Source: Lama glama (taxonomy: Eukaryota). From it: a DNA stretch of 64,000 bases. Both the position numbers and the translations under genes were made by a program. Below, one piece after another: positions 1 through 13,763 of this stretch; the stretch's first letter is position 1; every line of letters begins with the position of its first letter. The stretch spans positions 26,786,001 to 26,850,000 of the forward strand of contig CM052818.1 of assembly GCA_028534125.1 (NCBI GenBank). The letters are read 5' to 3'. Under the pieces are notes generated by a model. The model was not told the DNA's origin. It was given only the letters and a program-made list of their open reading frames with translations, and searched no databases.

Positions 1-1162
1 CCCTGGATATTTTTTTAATCCTTCTAGGAACTTTACCATTTCTCACATGTCTTTAAGTGATTTTTGGCTTTTCAGTTTAGTAGAAACGGCACTCCTATCG
101 CTTAATCTGAAAATTACCATCTGTGTGGTTTTGCACAAAGTACTTAAAACCTCAAAGCCTACTGTTAATCTCTAAAATGGGGGTTACAATATCTACCTGA
201 GAAGATTGTTGTGAATGAATGTAAAAGCACTTCCAAAGCTAAAATTGTAATTCGATGTAAATCAAGTATCATGATTACTAATCAATCACCACTTGGACCC
301 ATAGCATTGATTTTAATGTTTTTCAAAGTCATTTTTTGCTCCTTTGCTTGAGTTGGGAATCTCCACTAAATTTTTACAGAACACTTGGCTAAATGTCTAA
401 ACACCATTTTATCATTTGAAATGATGTGACCAAGCAGTGAGTGACCTCTGCAAGCATGGAAATGAGTTTTTGAAGCTTTTACCCCTGACATAACATGTAC
501 TTGAGATAAAATCCTTCACCATAGCAGATTAAACAGGTAACTTCATTTTTTAATGAAGTTAATTTTTTAAATTACCAGTAGAAGTAGATTACAAAAAAAA
601 AAATCAACCATGGAGTCCTTATGACAAGAATTTCTTCTGTAAATTATTTCTCAGATATTTAAGTGACTCTGGGCACTTTCAGGTTCTGTTGGGATATTTG
701 ATTGTGTGGAATTTTATTGGTAAAAAAAAAAGATCTAGATGTTAAACATGGACTTGGAGGAGCTATAAAGACGTGAACATTTCTGTTAATGACTTTGAAT
801 GAAGAAAAGATCTGCATTAAGTGAAAGAGTAGGTTGAAAATTTTGAGCTTCTTGAAGAAAATGAATTTGGTATGGTTGTGAAAAAAGGAAAAAGACCAAA
901 AGAAAAAAAAAAAAAAGATTATGCAGTGGGAAGCAGGATTCAAGAAGGAAGTTCAAAAAGAAGTTATAAATTACTTACGATTCACAATTCCTCATCCCCA
1001 CAAAGTAAGAAAATAGAAATAAAAACTGGAGGAGAATGTAGAAAAGGAGAAGATACAGTAACAATAACAATTTAAACTGCCATTCAGGTACTAAACTTAG
1101 GAGTAATTCACTATACACACACACAACACGTATGCTTTCACCTTATTGTATATATTTTTAAG

Positions 1163-1252
1163 AGAATGAAACAGTTACCATCGCCAAGGATTTTGGCAAC
1201 TCACCTCCATTACGACAAATTACCCAGGTCCATCTTCAAGAATAAAGCCAAG
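1163..1252 (+). CDS. SULT6B1: SULT6B1 coding exon (RMKQLPSPRILATHLHYDKLPRSIFKNKAK)
   Basis: AG at 1161-1162, donor AAG|GTGAGT, 90 nt. Confidence 0.93.
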
Positions 1253-4200
1253 GTGAGTGTGTCCTTTCCTACTGGCATTTCAGTTTGTAGTTTTAAAAGT
1301 ATAAATATTGGCTTTCTGAGGTTGAGATTGCTACTCAGCACAGAATTTTAATAAATGATGTGTGCGATTTGGTGTTTCTTTTGTTGCTGTTCCTTTCTAC
1401 AGATGTATTTGTTACATTTGCATTCAAATCAAATGCGTTTTCAGCCAAGACAGAAAATATATACATAGAGTGGAACCTACTTCAAAACCTGTTTTTAGAG
1501 TGAATAGATTTCAGCATTAGGATATTTAGAGTGTTTAACAAAAGGATACAACCCAGGAAAATGAGCAAAAATTGTTCCTTCAGTTCTTTCTGGTGAGCAC
1601 TATTTACCTGAGGTCCAAACCTATTATATTTCTGAATTTCACATGCAATATCAAACTTCATATCAAGCATACCTAAGTACAGGTGCTTTGGCTGCTCTTA
1701 TTCGTTTGAAAATCTTGTTTCATTAACCAGTTTTGATCAATTTTCATAATTAGTAGTTTTGACCCAATCCCTTTTTTTGTTTTCTGTCACCTTGTTTCCT
1801 CTCCATTCCTTATTCTCTGTCTACAGAGGAAACAATCAGAATTAATTAAAATAAAATTTTAAACTCCTGAGCTCCACAAGCAAGGAGGACAGTGCAGTAA
1901 CAGCAAAGAAGGATAAAGGAAGAAAACAGTTAAGATAACTACACTGGTAAGAGGAAGAAGGGGAAATAACAGAGGAAGGAAGAATAGGAAGTGGAGGCTT
2001 AGAATTAGCAGCCTCCCTGGTACAAGAATTCTAGGAGCAGAATTGGAAAATGCCTTGAAGGTTGTCTGCTCTAAGCCCCATTAGGTGTTTGAATGCCACC
2101 AAGTGGCTGTCTGGACCACTCCACACCTCCAATTGTAAGAGAATCCTCTATCCCCTCTGCCAGCTGCGGACAGCTCTGTAAAATGGTTTTTCTTTACACT
2201 GAGAATTTCCCAAATCAGAAAGATCGCTTTAACCTATAATTTCCCGAGTTTAATACAGTTCAGTAGAATCACAAATCTCAGTGACTCTTTTTTTCTCCCT
2301 TAATTATTCCATAAGACACAGAGCTAAAGTAACGTAGAAAGCATTTAGATTTGGAGCATGCAGGCTTCTGAACAAAGCTTTACGTTTGCAAGAACAGCAG
2401 GGCAAGAGAAAAGGGACAGCCAAGGTAGCAGGCTGGTGCTGAGCATCTGTCCACACACCCCAGCCTGCTGGCCCTCACCATTCAAATTTATGTCTGTAAA
2501 ATTATAAATTGCTACGAGCCAGGGCAACTACTGAGTGCTAATCAGAGCAGCAAATATAAGACCCTAAGTGACAAGGATCTGCTGTCTTTGGATTGGGGCA
2601 GAGGTGAGTTTTAGAGCTGAACAAAGGCACAGACGCAGCCCACTCATTTCTATTCCACTGTCTCCTGTTAGCGTTAGCTCACGTCTTTAGACTCATGAGG
2701 TATTTTGGGATCCTGATTTCCTCTCAGTGTCATGTCATCTACAAACTTGATAAATACAGCTTCTACATCTTTACCTAAAATCACTCATTAAAACGTCGAC
2801 AGTGGTCTAGCCAGGACAGTGGAAATGCCAGTAAAACCCCCGGGCAGGTTTACATTAGGGATTCAGCCTCCTATGCATCTGAATACTCAAGTCAAGTTTA
2901 CACGCCTAACTGCTTCCGCTTCCAGCTTAACCTCCTTCCACTTTGCAGAGGAAGTCAGAAGCAACAAATCTACTAAGTTAGAAACTATGTTCAAGGAGAA
3001 CCTGGCATCAGTCAGAAGCGACTTGTTCTTAGAGAACCCATGTTGCCCTGTGGTGGTTGCTAGTTCCTCTTTTATGTGACCCCCCCAAATCATCCATTTA
3101 GTCAATTTCAAAAACTTCTCCCAAATGGAGGTTGTGTTCACAAATCTGCAAAACCCAGACCTTGCACCTTTCGGAAAGGGGAGGGATGGCTGCCTGTTTT
3201 AAGCCTTCTGAACTTCTGTGCATTATCTCCACTTTCTCAGAGGTTACTAAGAGTGCTCAATACTAGTCTCCAGTTTCCTCAGTTCTTGAAAAAGAGATCT
3301 TCAGGCCAGAGGTGGCAGACCCACTTGGAGCAGCCAGGTGGTCTACTTGGTTCTCTTGGGTTTCAATTTGCTTTTTTTTTTCAAATTGAAGTATAGTTGA
3401 TTTACAATATTGTTTTAGTTCAGGTGTATCAGTTTGCTCTTTACACTTTTTCCCCCCACACTTTTCACTCAGAAAAATGAATCCATGCCTCCTCAGAGCA
3501 GACAGATGTAACATGGGAAGTCAGAGGTTCTGCTTTCTCCACATCACCCATCACACCTGAAGCCTGCCCTTCTCTGCTCTTCTCCCACCAAACTCTAAAC
3601 ATTATTTTTGTTGTCCTTAAAGTTGTTTGCAATTTTTGCTTTTGGGAGGAGAGTTAACTTTTCAGATCACGCTCTCGTGAACTTGCTCTTTATTCCTTTT
3701 TACATTGTCTACATACAACTTTTTACTGTCTAAACTCATAAGCGTAAGTTCTCTGCAGTAACATTAGTTTTCTTTTTCTTCTTTTCTTCTCCTTTCTTCC
3801 CAGACTTCCCCATCTGCCACCTCCTGTTCCTCAATTTCTTTCTTTCTCTATACACTAATCAAGTTAGGTGGTCTAAAATATGGCATAATACTCATCCTTT
3901 CACTCTTCCAAAGTACAAAACTTAAACCTAAACAACTTAATTTTCTCTCCTTAGATATTGGTGGTATTTCGAAATCCTAAAGACACAGCAGTATCTTTTT
4001 TCCATTTCCATAATGATGTCCCTGATATTCCAAGCTATGGCTCTTGGGATGAATTCTTCAGACAGTTCATGAAAGGACAAGGTATGGCTGTTGGTAAAAG
4101 AATCCTTCTCACGTCAACAGATGATCACATAAACACAGAAACTCAAATGTGTTTTAGGATAAAGAAAGAAAGGAGATTAAGGTAGATCCGGGAATCAGAA

Positions 4201-7200
4201 AGTTACGAAGTTTTCTGTGCATCAAACGATACATTACTATTTTAAAAAATAATTTGGAGAATTCATACGTTGACTATGAGTATTAAATAACCATTGAACA
4301 AAGGACAAACAAAAAAGCTTGTAACAGATTCATGTACAAAAGCATTTCTAGTTAACGTCCCATAAGCCTCAGTATAACACAATTATAAAAACCAAAAAAT
4401 ACCACGACAATGAGCAACTACACCGAAGATACTTGTTTGCCAGAAAGGAAATAAGTTTTTGTTACACCATGTTGATGTTTTACCTTTGGTTATTGATAAC
4501 TATAATTTTATAAGTGCCTACAAATATACATACATACTTCATTCAAGACTGTAACAAACTATGAATAAGGCAGTATTTACCAGCAGAAAATTTAAATCAT
4601 TTGCCAATGGTCCCAATGCTTGTAAGTGGCAGGGACTCTACTTCCACGGGTAGAGTGACCAGAAATTAATAAGTGCCTCCTTTCACAGTGGCTCTGTTGA
4701 GTCTTTATGGTGTGGTACATGGAAGAATTAATGCCAAATGACTCTAGAGAATAAGTTGTTACCAAGTCCCTCTAAAAGGACGGACCACTTTTAAAGTTGA
4801 TCAGCACAGCAATGTCACACCATTCCACATGCATGGACACTGGATACAACACTGAGTCCTTAACAAAGGTTAAATATGGGGATTGGAATGTAAGGGAGAT
4901 AAACGCATGCATAGAAGGTGCTTACGAAGCACTGGTAAGAAAGCTTTGGTTTGTCTAGTAACCATTCACTAAGACTGAATGGAGGCAGTTAAAGCAAGTC
5001 TGAAACATTACCCCATTAATAACACAAGAGAACACTCAATGATGAGAAACCCATCATCATTGGTTCAGCAGCCCAGTGATGTCGGGCCTGCTCCTCTGAC
5101 ATTCCTTTGGCCTCTCCTTCATGCTTTTTGCAACATTCTCTCAACTTGGCTATTGTCCCTCTGAGCATCACCTTCACATCATGAGGAAGGCTCATCAAGA
5201 CAGCAACCGTTTGCAAGAAACCTTCCAGCAGACCCCTGCGTGTGTCTCACTGGCCAGAATCATGTCATATGACCAACCACAGTCCTAAGGGAGGCAGAAA
5301 AGTAGAAAACAGACTTCTCTGATTGGCTTAGACCCAATTAATCAGAGTTTGGTTAGCAACAAAGAAAGGGGTGCATTGGATATTGGGTAGGAAACCTACA
5401 ATATTTTCCACAATAAATAAGGTATGTAGAAACTGCCTGGCTCAAAGCATGGGCTTCATGATAATGATGTTGATGATAATAACTGTGACAATATTATTAT
5501 TATTATTATTATTATTATTATCATTATTATTATTATTATTAATGATATAATATTAGCTAACATTTATTGAGTGAGAACTATTAATCAGGCACTGTTTTAA
5601 GCATCTGACATGTGTTAATTCAGTTAAAACTCATAACCCCATTTTACAGATGAGGAAACTAAGGTACAAAGAGGTTTAGGGAGTTTCTCAAAGTCACACA
5701 GCGAGTAAGCAGCACAGATAACCAGGTCTAGATCTGCACTGTCCAACATGGTAGCCACTAGCCACATGTGGCAGCTGAGTATTTGAAATGTGATTAGTGC
5801 AAGTGAAAAAGCAAAATTTTAAATTTTATTTTATTTGAATTTATTTACATTTACATTTTAAAACAGAGACTCAATTCAGTTATTGAAAACCTTTAAGTAT
5901 GTCTGGCACAAGCTGAGTGTGTGAATTTACTTTTTCAATCATAGATTTTATTAAGTCTAAACATACAACAAGTATTTTTAACAAAATCTTAGAATTCAAA
6001 CTCAGATTTTCTGTATGTATAAAAAACCCACTGGCTTTTGTAGACTTAAAATATAAAAATCAATGTGTAATATTTCATTAATAATTACTTATGCTGATTA
6101 CATGCTGAAACGGTAATATTTTTGGATCTACCAGGTAAATAAAAGAAAACATTAAAATTAATTTTACCTGTTTCTTTTTGCTTTTTTTTAACATGGCTAC
6201 TAGAAAATTTAAAGTTACAGATGTGGCTTGCATGACACTCCTATTGGATAATGCTGGTCTAGAAGACACCTGTCCCATTTCTTTCTGTCATTATTTCTAC
6301 CAGCTTTCACGTATTATTCACTGTTTCTGAATTATTTTAGTCACCTAAATGTTCATGAATGCCTTACAGTTTTTGTGAAACCATTTTTACAACTTGCTCA
6401 GTTGTGTTACTATTTGTGAGAATAAGAAAACGAGTAGAAATCTGATAACAGGACCGGCTTTTGCCAGTTCTTTCGGAGCAGGGGTTCGTAATCTCATAAA
6501 TACCTTGTTTGGTCATATATACATATGTATATTTTATATTTTAGCAAACAAATTAAGCACTTTATCCTCATTTTATTCTTTCTTCTATCATTTTTAACCT
6601 CAATTATTTAAAATCCCTTAAGAAGTTATTTTTTTCCCTGTGTTTTTAGTTTCTTGGGGAAGCTATTTTGATTTTGCAATTAACTGGAACAAACATCTTG
6701 ATGATGAAAATGTGAAGTTAATATTATATGAAGACCTGAAAGAGGTGAGATTATGCTTACTGGTATTCTATAGCAAGATTTATTATGAATTACAACATAG
6801 AGCACTTATTCATAAAGCCTGGCTGTATGAATAAATATACTCAATTTTTAAAAAGAATGTTCTAGATACGTGGTACAGTGCTGGGGGAAAGAGACAGTGC
6901 ATATGTGCTTAGGTTGTTTATTTAACAAAAATAAAATAACACTTAACAATTTATTACTAACAGTGACTCCTTTATTTTCCCCTCTATGATAGATGGTCCA
7001 AATTTAGGTACGGCAAAAAAAATGAATAGGCCTTTACTGAGGTTTATTGAACATGGCTTTGGCTGTGAATTAATTTTTCCATATAGTTTTTTTAAAATTA
7101 TTTTTTCTCATTTAATGAGTGATTGTTCAGCACAGTTCTAGGCTCTTGTGATATGTCTGTGAACAGATTAGACAAAGTTCACTGCCCTAGAGAAGCTGAC

Positions 7201-10200
7201 ATTCTAGCTGGAGTAGGTGGGGAGACAGAATGATAAATAATAAATACAATAAAAAAATTTAAATGTATGCAATATGTGAAGATGAAGAAATGGCATAGCT
7301 GATTAAGGAAAACTAGAAATACCAGGGAGAGGGGGATTGGGATGTTGGACAAATCCCAGTATAAAATAGGGTGGTGGGCAGAAACCTCATGGAAAGGATG
7401 TGACCTGAACAAAGATAAGAAGGAACTGAGGGAGTGAGCCAAGTAGGTAACCGAAGTAAGAGCTTTCCAGGCAGAGAGGACCAACTGCAGCAAAGGCCCT
7501 GAGGTAGGAGTGTTCCTGGAATGACTAAGGGACAGAAAGGAGCAGATGTGGCTGGGTCAGCAGGGATGAACCAGAAGGGACTAACCAACGAGGACAGATA
7601 TAACAGGGTGGGGTGGGCTGGAGCATGAGGAACAGCAAGGCAGGCCACTGAAATCACTCTGCCTTTCACTCTGAGCGAAATGGGAAGCCACTGTGGGATT
7701 CGAGCAGAAGAGTCGCAAAAATTCATGTGTTTTTAACAGGATCATTCTGGCTGGTGTGTGAGAATGAATTGGAGAGAAGCAAAGATAATGTAAGGAAACC
7801 CATGAGGAGGTTACTGTTCTAGCTAAGGCAAGGGAAAATGGTGGCTCAGACTGGAAGGGGCAGTGGAGGTGAAGAGAAGTGGTTGAATTCTGAATTTATG
7901 TTGAAGGAAGAGCCAACAAGATTTGCTGCTGGCTTGGAAGGGGGAAAAGAGTAGTGAGAGAAAAAGAGAAGTCAAGTAAGACCCCAGTATTACTGGTCCA
8001 GGCAACTGGGAGGACTGAGTTGTCACCACACGAGTAAGAGATGGCAGCAGGTGAAGCAGGACTGTGGGAAGACCAGGAGTTGGTTTTGGACATGCTAAAT
8101 TTGAGATGTTTATTAGTCACCCAAAGGTGAGAGGTCAAGTAGGCAACTGGGTATTGAAGTCTGACGGCAGAGAGTTCTGAGCTACGGATATAAATTTGGC
8201 ACATAGACGACAATTACAACCATGAGATTACATACCTGTGTATGTAAGCATATGGATCGAGAAGAGAAGACTACCAAGAACTGAGCTCTGCAGAACCTCC
8301 TACATAAAGAGTTTGGGGAAAAGAGGAGGCTTCGGCAGAGGAGACTACAAAGGTGGCTAAGGACGAGGGAGGGAAACCAGAGTCCTGGAGCATTAACGCT
8401 CTCTGGAAAGTGTGTTCAAAGGGAAGGAAATGTGTCAAATGTTCTCTAACTGAACTGAGTTTTTATCACTAGTGTCCCATGTGATTTTTATCACAGGAAA
8501 GTATAACTAAATCCATCCCTTTTGTTTAGAGTATGTACTTACATAACATGAAAGAATATGCTGATTTAGTCTTTTCTCCTTCTAGTCTAGAATGTTTCTA
8601 AAACTTGTGCTCCATGGGATATTAATATTGTCCCAGATGTTAATACTTCTTTCCAGGGGTAGGAAGGAGGTTGCTGGTTCAAGATGACCTGAGGACTGTT
8701 CTATTTAGCCTGCTCCTTTGGGAAATTCACATGGCACATTGGCATATTAAAGAGAGATTCTGCAGGGAAAAAAAAAGTTTACCTTCTTCATCCCAAAGGT
8801 TCCAAACTTACTTGACCTTAACCCTTTACCGTTCTTTTTTTTTTCTCCCAGGAAACATCTATAACCACCTTGAAATATATTAGTGTTCTGTAGAATACAG
8901 TTTAAGGAACTGTTCTAGAAGATTTATAAACCTCCATTGGTCAGCCATACTGTTGAAGTGGTTGATTATTTACAAAAGTATTAAACATGATAAAGATTCC
9001 TTCAAGTTTTTGTAATTCCAAAAATTAGACTTTCTTGATAGAATTAAACATTAGCTATAAACAGGATTCAGAAGAAAACAGAATTTGAATGAGTAGGTAC
9101 AAATACATTAATTTCCTCACCTGGTATAGACTGGTGCTTTTTGATAAAATGAATTATTATCTTAGATAAAACTCTAACCTGCTAATGAATGCTTATTTTC
9201 ATTATCTATACCTTGACTAGTTAAACAAGAGTCATAAATGGAAACTACAAAGTGAAATCAATACAGAATATCTTACAGGGATGTTTCAAATATTTATAAA
9301 GAAGAATCAAAGTAAGTCTGAAGAGAGAGACACAGAGATGAATTAGAATTAGGCTTAACAAATCCATTCTGTCTAAGAAGCTTGTCTTTGCTTAGGGTCC
9401 AATTCCCACAGAAAGAAGTTTATCTTTTAAAATTTTGTTTTCAGAATCTGGCCGCTGGAATAAAACAAATTGCTAAGTTTTTTGGATTCTCTCTATCTGG
9501 GGAGCAGATTCAAACTATCTCAGCCCAGAGTACCTTCCAGGCAATGCGAGCAAAGTCCCAGGAAACACACGGCGCCGTGGGCCCATTCCTGTTCCGCAAA
9601 GGTGAGATGGCATTGTTTTCTGGGACATCTGTCAATCTGCACCTAACAGGCAATTCAAGCAGCTTTATCTTAAATCAGACAGGATTTTCTCCTCCTCTTC
9701 CTCGACAAGAAGTCTGGACACAGATCAGAGTTGGCACTGGCAGCTGTACACTACCTTTTAGACTACTAAGCTCCTTTTACCTTTCTGCTTGTCACCTGTG
9801 ATGACAGGAGAGCAGCCAGCGCTCCACCATTATAATATAGTTACAGGATTATTTTATTAAAATAAAAAGGGAATGGCAAGAGATAGAATCACGTGTATTT
9901 GCTGAGTGGGCCCCCTTTAAAGAACTTTGTGGGAAGCCTCACCTCAGTGACTTCTTACATCTCATAGACCACTTCTCACTGTGCTGCTGGTTGGAGAATG
10001 TGATTTTTTTTTTTAAGGTGGCTGCATTATTACCCACTGAAAGTCAAGGTTTTGTTAATAAGGAAGAAGGAAAAAATGAGTACGGGATAGGAAGCCAGCT
10101 GTCTCTGGTACTGATAATTTTACTAAATTTCATCAAAGCATTCAAATTTCTTATGGAAATTTATGATAATGCAGCTCAGGGACTGCCAGTTTTCCTTTTT

Positions 10201-11673
10201 ATTGCATGTATAATGAAAGCTTAATGTGATTCAGAGGCAGCACACATAACAAGCATAATTTATCAGGTATCCATCATGTGTTAGACCCTTTGCTGGGCTT
10301 AAACTTTATAGCCAAAAAGATACTAAATCCTTAGTTCTACAAATGTGGGCACCAAAGCCCAGAGATATTAATTGGTCCGTTGTCACAAAGCTAATAAGTG
10401 ATGCCGTCAGGATAGGAACATAGGTTTACTTGACTCTACTACACTTTATCAAATGCAGACCCAATTAAAAAATGCACTGTGAATGGAGCACTGAATGCAA
10501 ATCTGTCTTTAACTTGAGTCCTGACTTTAACACTTATTTTTATGCCTAATTTTTTTAGCTTTAAGAAGGGGGAAAAATAGAAATTTTAAATATATTGTCA
10601 ATCAAATACTATTCAGAACAGAAACATTCTAAAATAAACTAGTAATTTTAAAGTTTAAAAATATTTTTTAAAATATCCCTTGTAGAAAATTCAGAAAGCA
10701 CATAAAGATGTGGAAAAGCATTAAATTACCCATCGGATGCAAGTTCAACTTTTTGGCACATTTCTTCCGGCCTTATTCTGTAATGTTTTATATAGTTGAT
10801 AACATTTGTAAACAGTTGTGCTTTTTCATTCCCTTCATATGTCTAAGCATTTCCTCATGTCATTAAGCCACTTTAGAAATATACATTTCAATGGCTATGT
10901 AACAAGGAACTTACAACTTTAACCCAAATCAAACAAAAGATTTTAAGCAACTTCCTTTACTTTCATTTATTTTTATTTTTTATGTTTTTTGGGGGGTGTA
11001 ATTAGGTTTATGTATTTATTTATTTTAATAGAGGTACTAGGGATTGAGTCCAGGATCTCATGCATGTAAGCATGTGCTCTACCACTGAACTACACCTTCT
11101 TCCCTTCCTTTACTTTTAAAAAGAAATAAGAAAAACATCCTAATCTCAAGCAAAATAATAATTATTTTTGCTATAAAATATTAACTACTCAAGGGGTATT
11201 TAAAGTATTATAAGACTTTAGAGAGGGAAAAAAAAAGACTCTCAAAAAGTGGCATTTTTGGTCCCAGGTGTTAGGAGATGGGTAGGGATGGGAGGTCATT
11301 GAGGTCAAGGTCCCCTTAGTGATGTGGAGAAAGCGTGTCACCTACCACACCACAGAAATGGGGAGGCCCAAGTGGATATTGTTAATTTTACAAGAGATAT
11401 TACATTAGTTTTTAAGGCTGTCTAATTTTTTTCACATGTCTGTTTTCACATTTCAGAGTGAAACTCTGCACTAAAAAAATAGTAAAATCAAGAAGAAATA
11501 TTCTAACAGGAGTCTGGGTCTACTGTTTTTTCTGTGTTGCAGGTGAAATTGGTGACTGGAAAAACTTGTTCAGTGAATCTCAGAACCAGGAAATGGCTGA
11601 AAAATTCAAAGAGTGCTTAGCAGACACTGCCCTGGGAACAAAGCTGAAGTACAATTCATATTGCCAGGCTTGA
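1163..11673 (+). CDS. SULT6B1: Sulfotransferase 6B1, 3' part (5 coding exons; 5' exons lie upstream of the window)
   Basis: Spliced exons 1163-1252, 3955-4081, 6650-6744, 9445-9601 and 11543-11673 join in frame with GT-AG ends. They give RMKQLPSPRILATHLHYDKLP...FRNPKDTAVSFFHF...VSWGSYFDF...FRKGEIGDWKNLF...YCQA*, which carries the cytosolic SULT motifs RNPKDxxVS and RKGxxGDWK. Confidence 0.96.
2690..3140 (-). mobile_element. Ancient CR1/L3 LINE fragment (RT region)
   Basis: ORF 2887-3141(-) contains GQHGFSKNKSLLTDARFSLNIVSNLVD, resembling the CR1 RT motif SQHGFxKxxSCLTNLxxF. Confidence 0.65.
3373..3430 (-). mobile_element. Very short L1 3' tip with poly(A)
   Basis: Poly-T followed by AATTGAAGTATAGTTGATTTACAATATTG; the same tip recurs near 51220 and 62460. 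Confidence 0.6.
3955..4081 (+). CDS. SULT6B1: SULT6B1 coding exon (ILVVFRNPKDTAVS...FMKGQ)
   Basis: Polypyrimidine tract ending TTAG, donor G|GTATGG, 127 nt; contains the 3'-phosphate-binding motif. Confidence 0.95.
4930..5400. mobile_element. Degenerate MaLR (MLT1-like) LTR
   Basis: MLT-like phrases (GTCTCACTGGCCAGAATCATGTCATATGACC...AAGGGAGGC); boundaries approximate. Confidence 0.45.
5491..5541. repeat. (ATT)n microsatellite at a MIR tail
   Basis: Near-perfect ATT run. Confidence 0.9.
5555..5725 (-). mobile_element. MIR SINE
   Basis: Core CCCCATTTTACAGATGAGGAAACT...AAGTCACACAGC. Confidence 0.75.
5734..6256 (-). mobile_element. hAT-Charlie non-autonomous DNA transposon (Charlie1b/MER33-like)
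   Basis: Imperfect TIRs CTGCACTGTCCAA / TTGGATAATGCTG; 8-bp TSD GTCTAGAT (5726-5733) / GTCTAGAA (6257-6264); internal GGTAGCCACTAGCCACATGTGG. Confidence 0.8.
6650..6744 (+). CDS. SULT6B1: SULT6B1 coding exon (VSWGSYFDF...YEDLKE)
   Basis: TTTTTAG acceptor, GAG|GTGAGA donor, 95 nt, phase consistent. Confidence 0.95.
7110..8450 (-). mobile_element. L2 LINE fragment
   Basis: Purine-rich antisense L2 hallmarks (GGGAAGCCACTG, TTTTGGACATGCTAAATTTGAGATG). Confidence 0.75.
9445..9601 (+). CDS. SULT6B1: SULT6B1 coding exon (NLAAGIKQIAKF...PFLFRK)
   Basis: TTTTCAG acceptor, G|GTGAGA donor, 157 nt. Confidence 0.95.
10964..11103 (-). mobile_element. tRNA-derived camelid-type SINE (Vic-1-like)
   Basis: Antisense tRNA head with A and B boxes plus A-rich tail; 13-bp TSD CTTCCTTTACTTT at 10951-10963 and 11104-11116. 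Confidence 0.85.
11543..11673 (+). CDS. SULT6B1: SULT6B1 last coding exon (GEIGDWKNLF...YCQA*)
   Basis: TTGCAG acceptor, stop TGA at 11671-11673. Confidence 0.95.
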
Positions 11674-11756
11674 TTCTAGTCAATTCAGCCTTATTTTCCT
11701 TAACAATAATCAAATTTAAATAATCAAATGACAATTTAATCATATAATGATCATTA

Positions 11757-11762
11757 AATAAA
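11757..11762 (+). terminator. Candidate SULT6B1 polyadenylation signal AATAAA (alternative at 12135-12140)
   Basis: First AATAAA after the stop codon. Confidence 0.5.
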
Positions 11763-12799
11763 GTTTAGATATAAATGAGACAAACTTAGTAATAATGAGA
11801 ACATCTGAAATTTCTGAGGACAAACTTAAGTTTTGTTCCATTTTGGAGAAAAGGGTAGTTTTGCTGCCCAAAAAGGATACTATTGCTAATGCAGTATCCT
11901 GGGGTTTTAACTTCTTTCATGCTCTGAGTTCACACAAGAGCATAAGTCGACACTATCAGAGACATACCTACATCTGTGTTTAAGCATAGATGAGACCGGC
12001 CTCCAACTGATCACAATGCTTTGTCCTCTCATAATTATTATTCTCTTTTTCACTGTGGATCAGAGCACTTGTGGTGCCTAATTCAAACTTACTCTCGGGG
12101 AAATTTAATTCCAATTCTTCACTGAAGTAAAATGAATAAATCTTATTCCAACTTGATTCAAGAAAAATCCGTTGCTCGTCTACTCTGTGTGTGTCATTGC
12201 AGCAGGCCCACTCTCAAGGGACTTTATATTTCTACTTAACACAAGCTTTACTTCAAAGCTAAAGATTAGAGATTGTGTTATTCCGGCATAAAGGCTTCCC
12301 CCCACCAGAGACCCCCAAGTAACTATGTGGAACTTACAAAAGAAGGTAGGGAATGTTCTGGGGGAAAAACCTATTAACAGTCTCCTTAATATGTACACTA
12401 TAGTTAGTTCTACTCTAAAGGTAAGTTCTGTACAGTTAAGAATAGAATAATTTATAGAAAAAGATAAAATTGCTTTGAGAACAATTAATTACAGGACTAC
12501 TGTTTCTGGTAGTATGGTAGATTAGATGAATTGAAAAACCTTTCCCTCAAAACACCATATAGAAAGACTATATAAAAATTACTTTAGTGGCATTGCTCAG
12601 CTCCCAATAAAGTAAGCAGACTCATTAGGGACCAGTACCAAAGAGGGAACAGAGAACTGGACGAAGTAAGAATCAGAGATGACACTGAGATGCCAATGAG
12701 AAATCTGCAGTAACAGAGGCTTAGGTTTTAATGCCCAAAACCATATTATCGGTTGCAGGAATAAACAACTAAACCAAACCAACGAAAAAGGACAAAATA

Positions 12800-13663
12800 T
12801 AGCTGCCAAAATAACCTATGAATGTAAAGAAAGCTCAAACATGACTGAGGTGGCATTGCATGTTGTAGGAAGAAGTCAAATCCTTCAAAATCTGGTGCTA
12901 AGAAGATTATGAGATAGAAGAAATAAAATCAGATTCTTACTTTATATCACTCAAAAAATTAATTTCTTATAAATTAAAAAAATGTCAAAAATGATTTTTA
13001 AAACTTTAAATTTTTAGAAGCAGATACAAGATAATATTTTCATGACCAGAGTAGGGTTTATTAAACAAGAAATAAAAAAGCACAAAAAAATTTATATTTT
13101 TGGCTATGTTAAAATTTAAAATGTAAAACACCATCATTAAGAAAGTAAAACCAAAGTGAAATGGCATGTCAGAGACTTAGAAAAAATACTAACTAAATAA
13201 AAGACTAACATCTAGAATATAGAAAGAACAATTAAAATCACTAGGTGAAAGAAAATACAACCCAACAGAAAATAAGTGTAAGGGATACAGACTGGCAATT
13301 TACCGAATAGGAAACCCAAATGGCAAATAAACATGTAATGAGGAAAATGTGGTAATTAGGAAAATACAGATTAAAAAAAAGTGAGAGACTTCCATATCTG
13401 GCCATGAAGGATTAACTATTATGGGAATCGTCCTCTCACCATACCACCAGAAAACCAAAATAATACATGAAATGCTGTTTTCAGACACTGGACAACAGGC
13501 AACGCAACACTGGGATTCCCTAGAGGATGTAAACAACTGAAGCGAGCCCTAGAACTGCTCCAGCTTGCTACATATAAGCAAGTTCCAAGCTGTAGGCAGA
13601 GAAAGGGAACTCAAGAGTACAAAAGGCTTACTGAGTTGGAACTGGAGACTGGAGGTCAGCAGG
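12800..13663 (+). mobile_element. Old L1 fragments
   Basis: A-rich, degenerate ORF2-like sequence followed by an L1M 5'-like segment. Confidence 0.5.
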
Positions 13664-13763
13664 NNNNNNNNNNNNNNNNNNNNNNNNNNNNNNNNNNNNN
13701 NNNNNNNNNNNNNNNNNNNNNNNNNNNNNNNNNNNNNNNNNNNNNNNNNNNNNNNNNNNNNNN
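13664..13763. other. Assembly gap (100 N, true size unknown)
   Basis: Run of N abutting a young L1. Confidence 0.99.
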
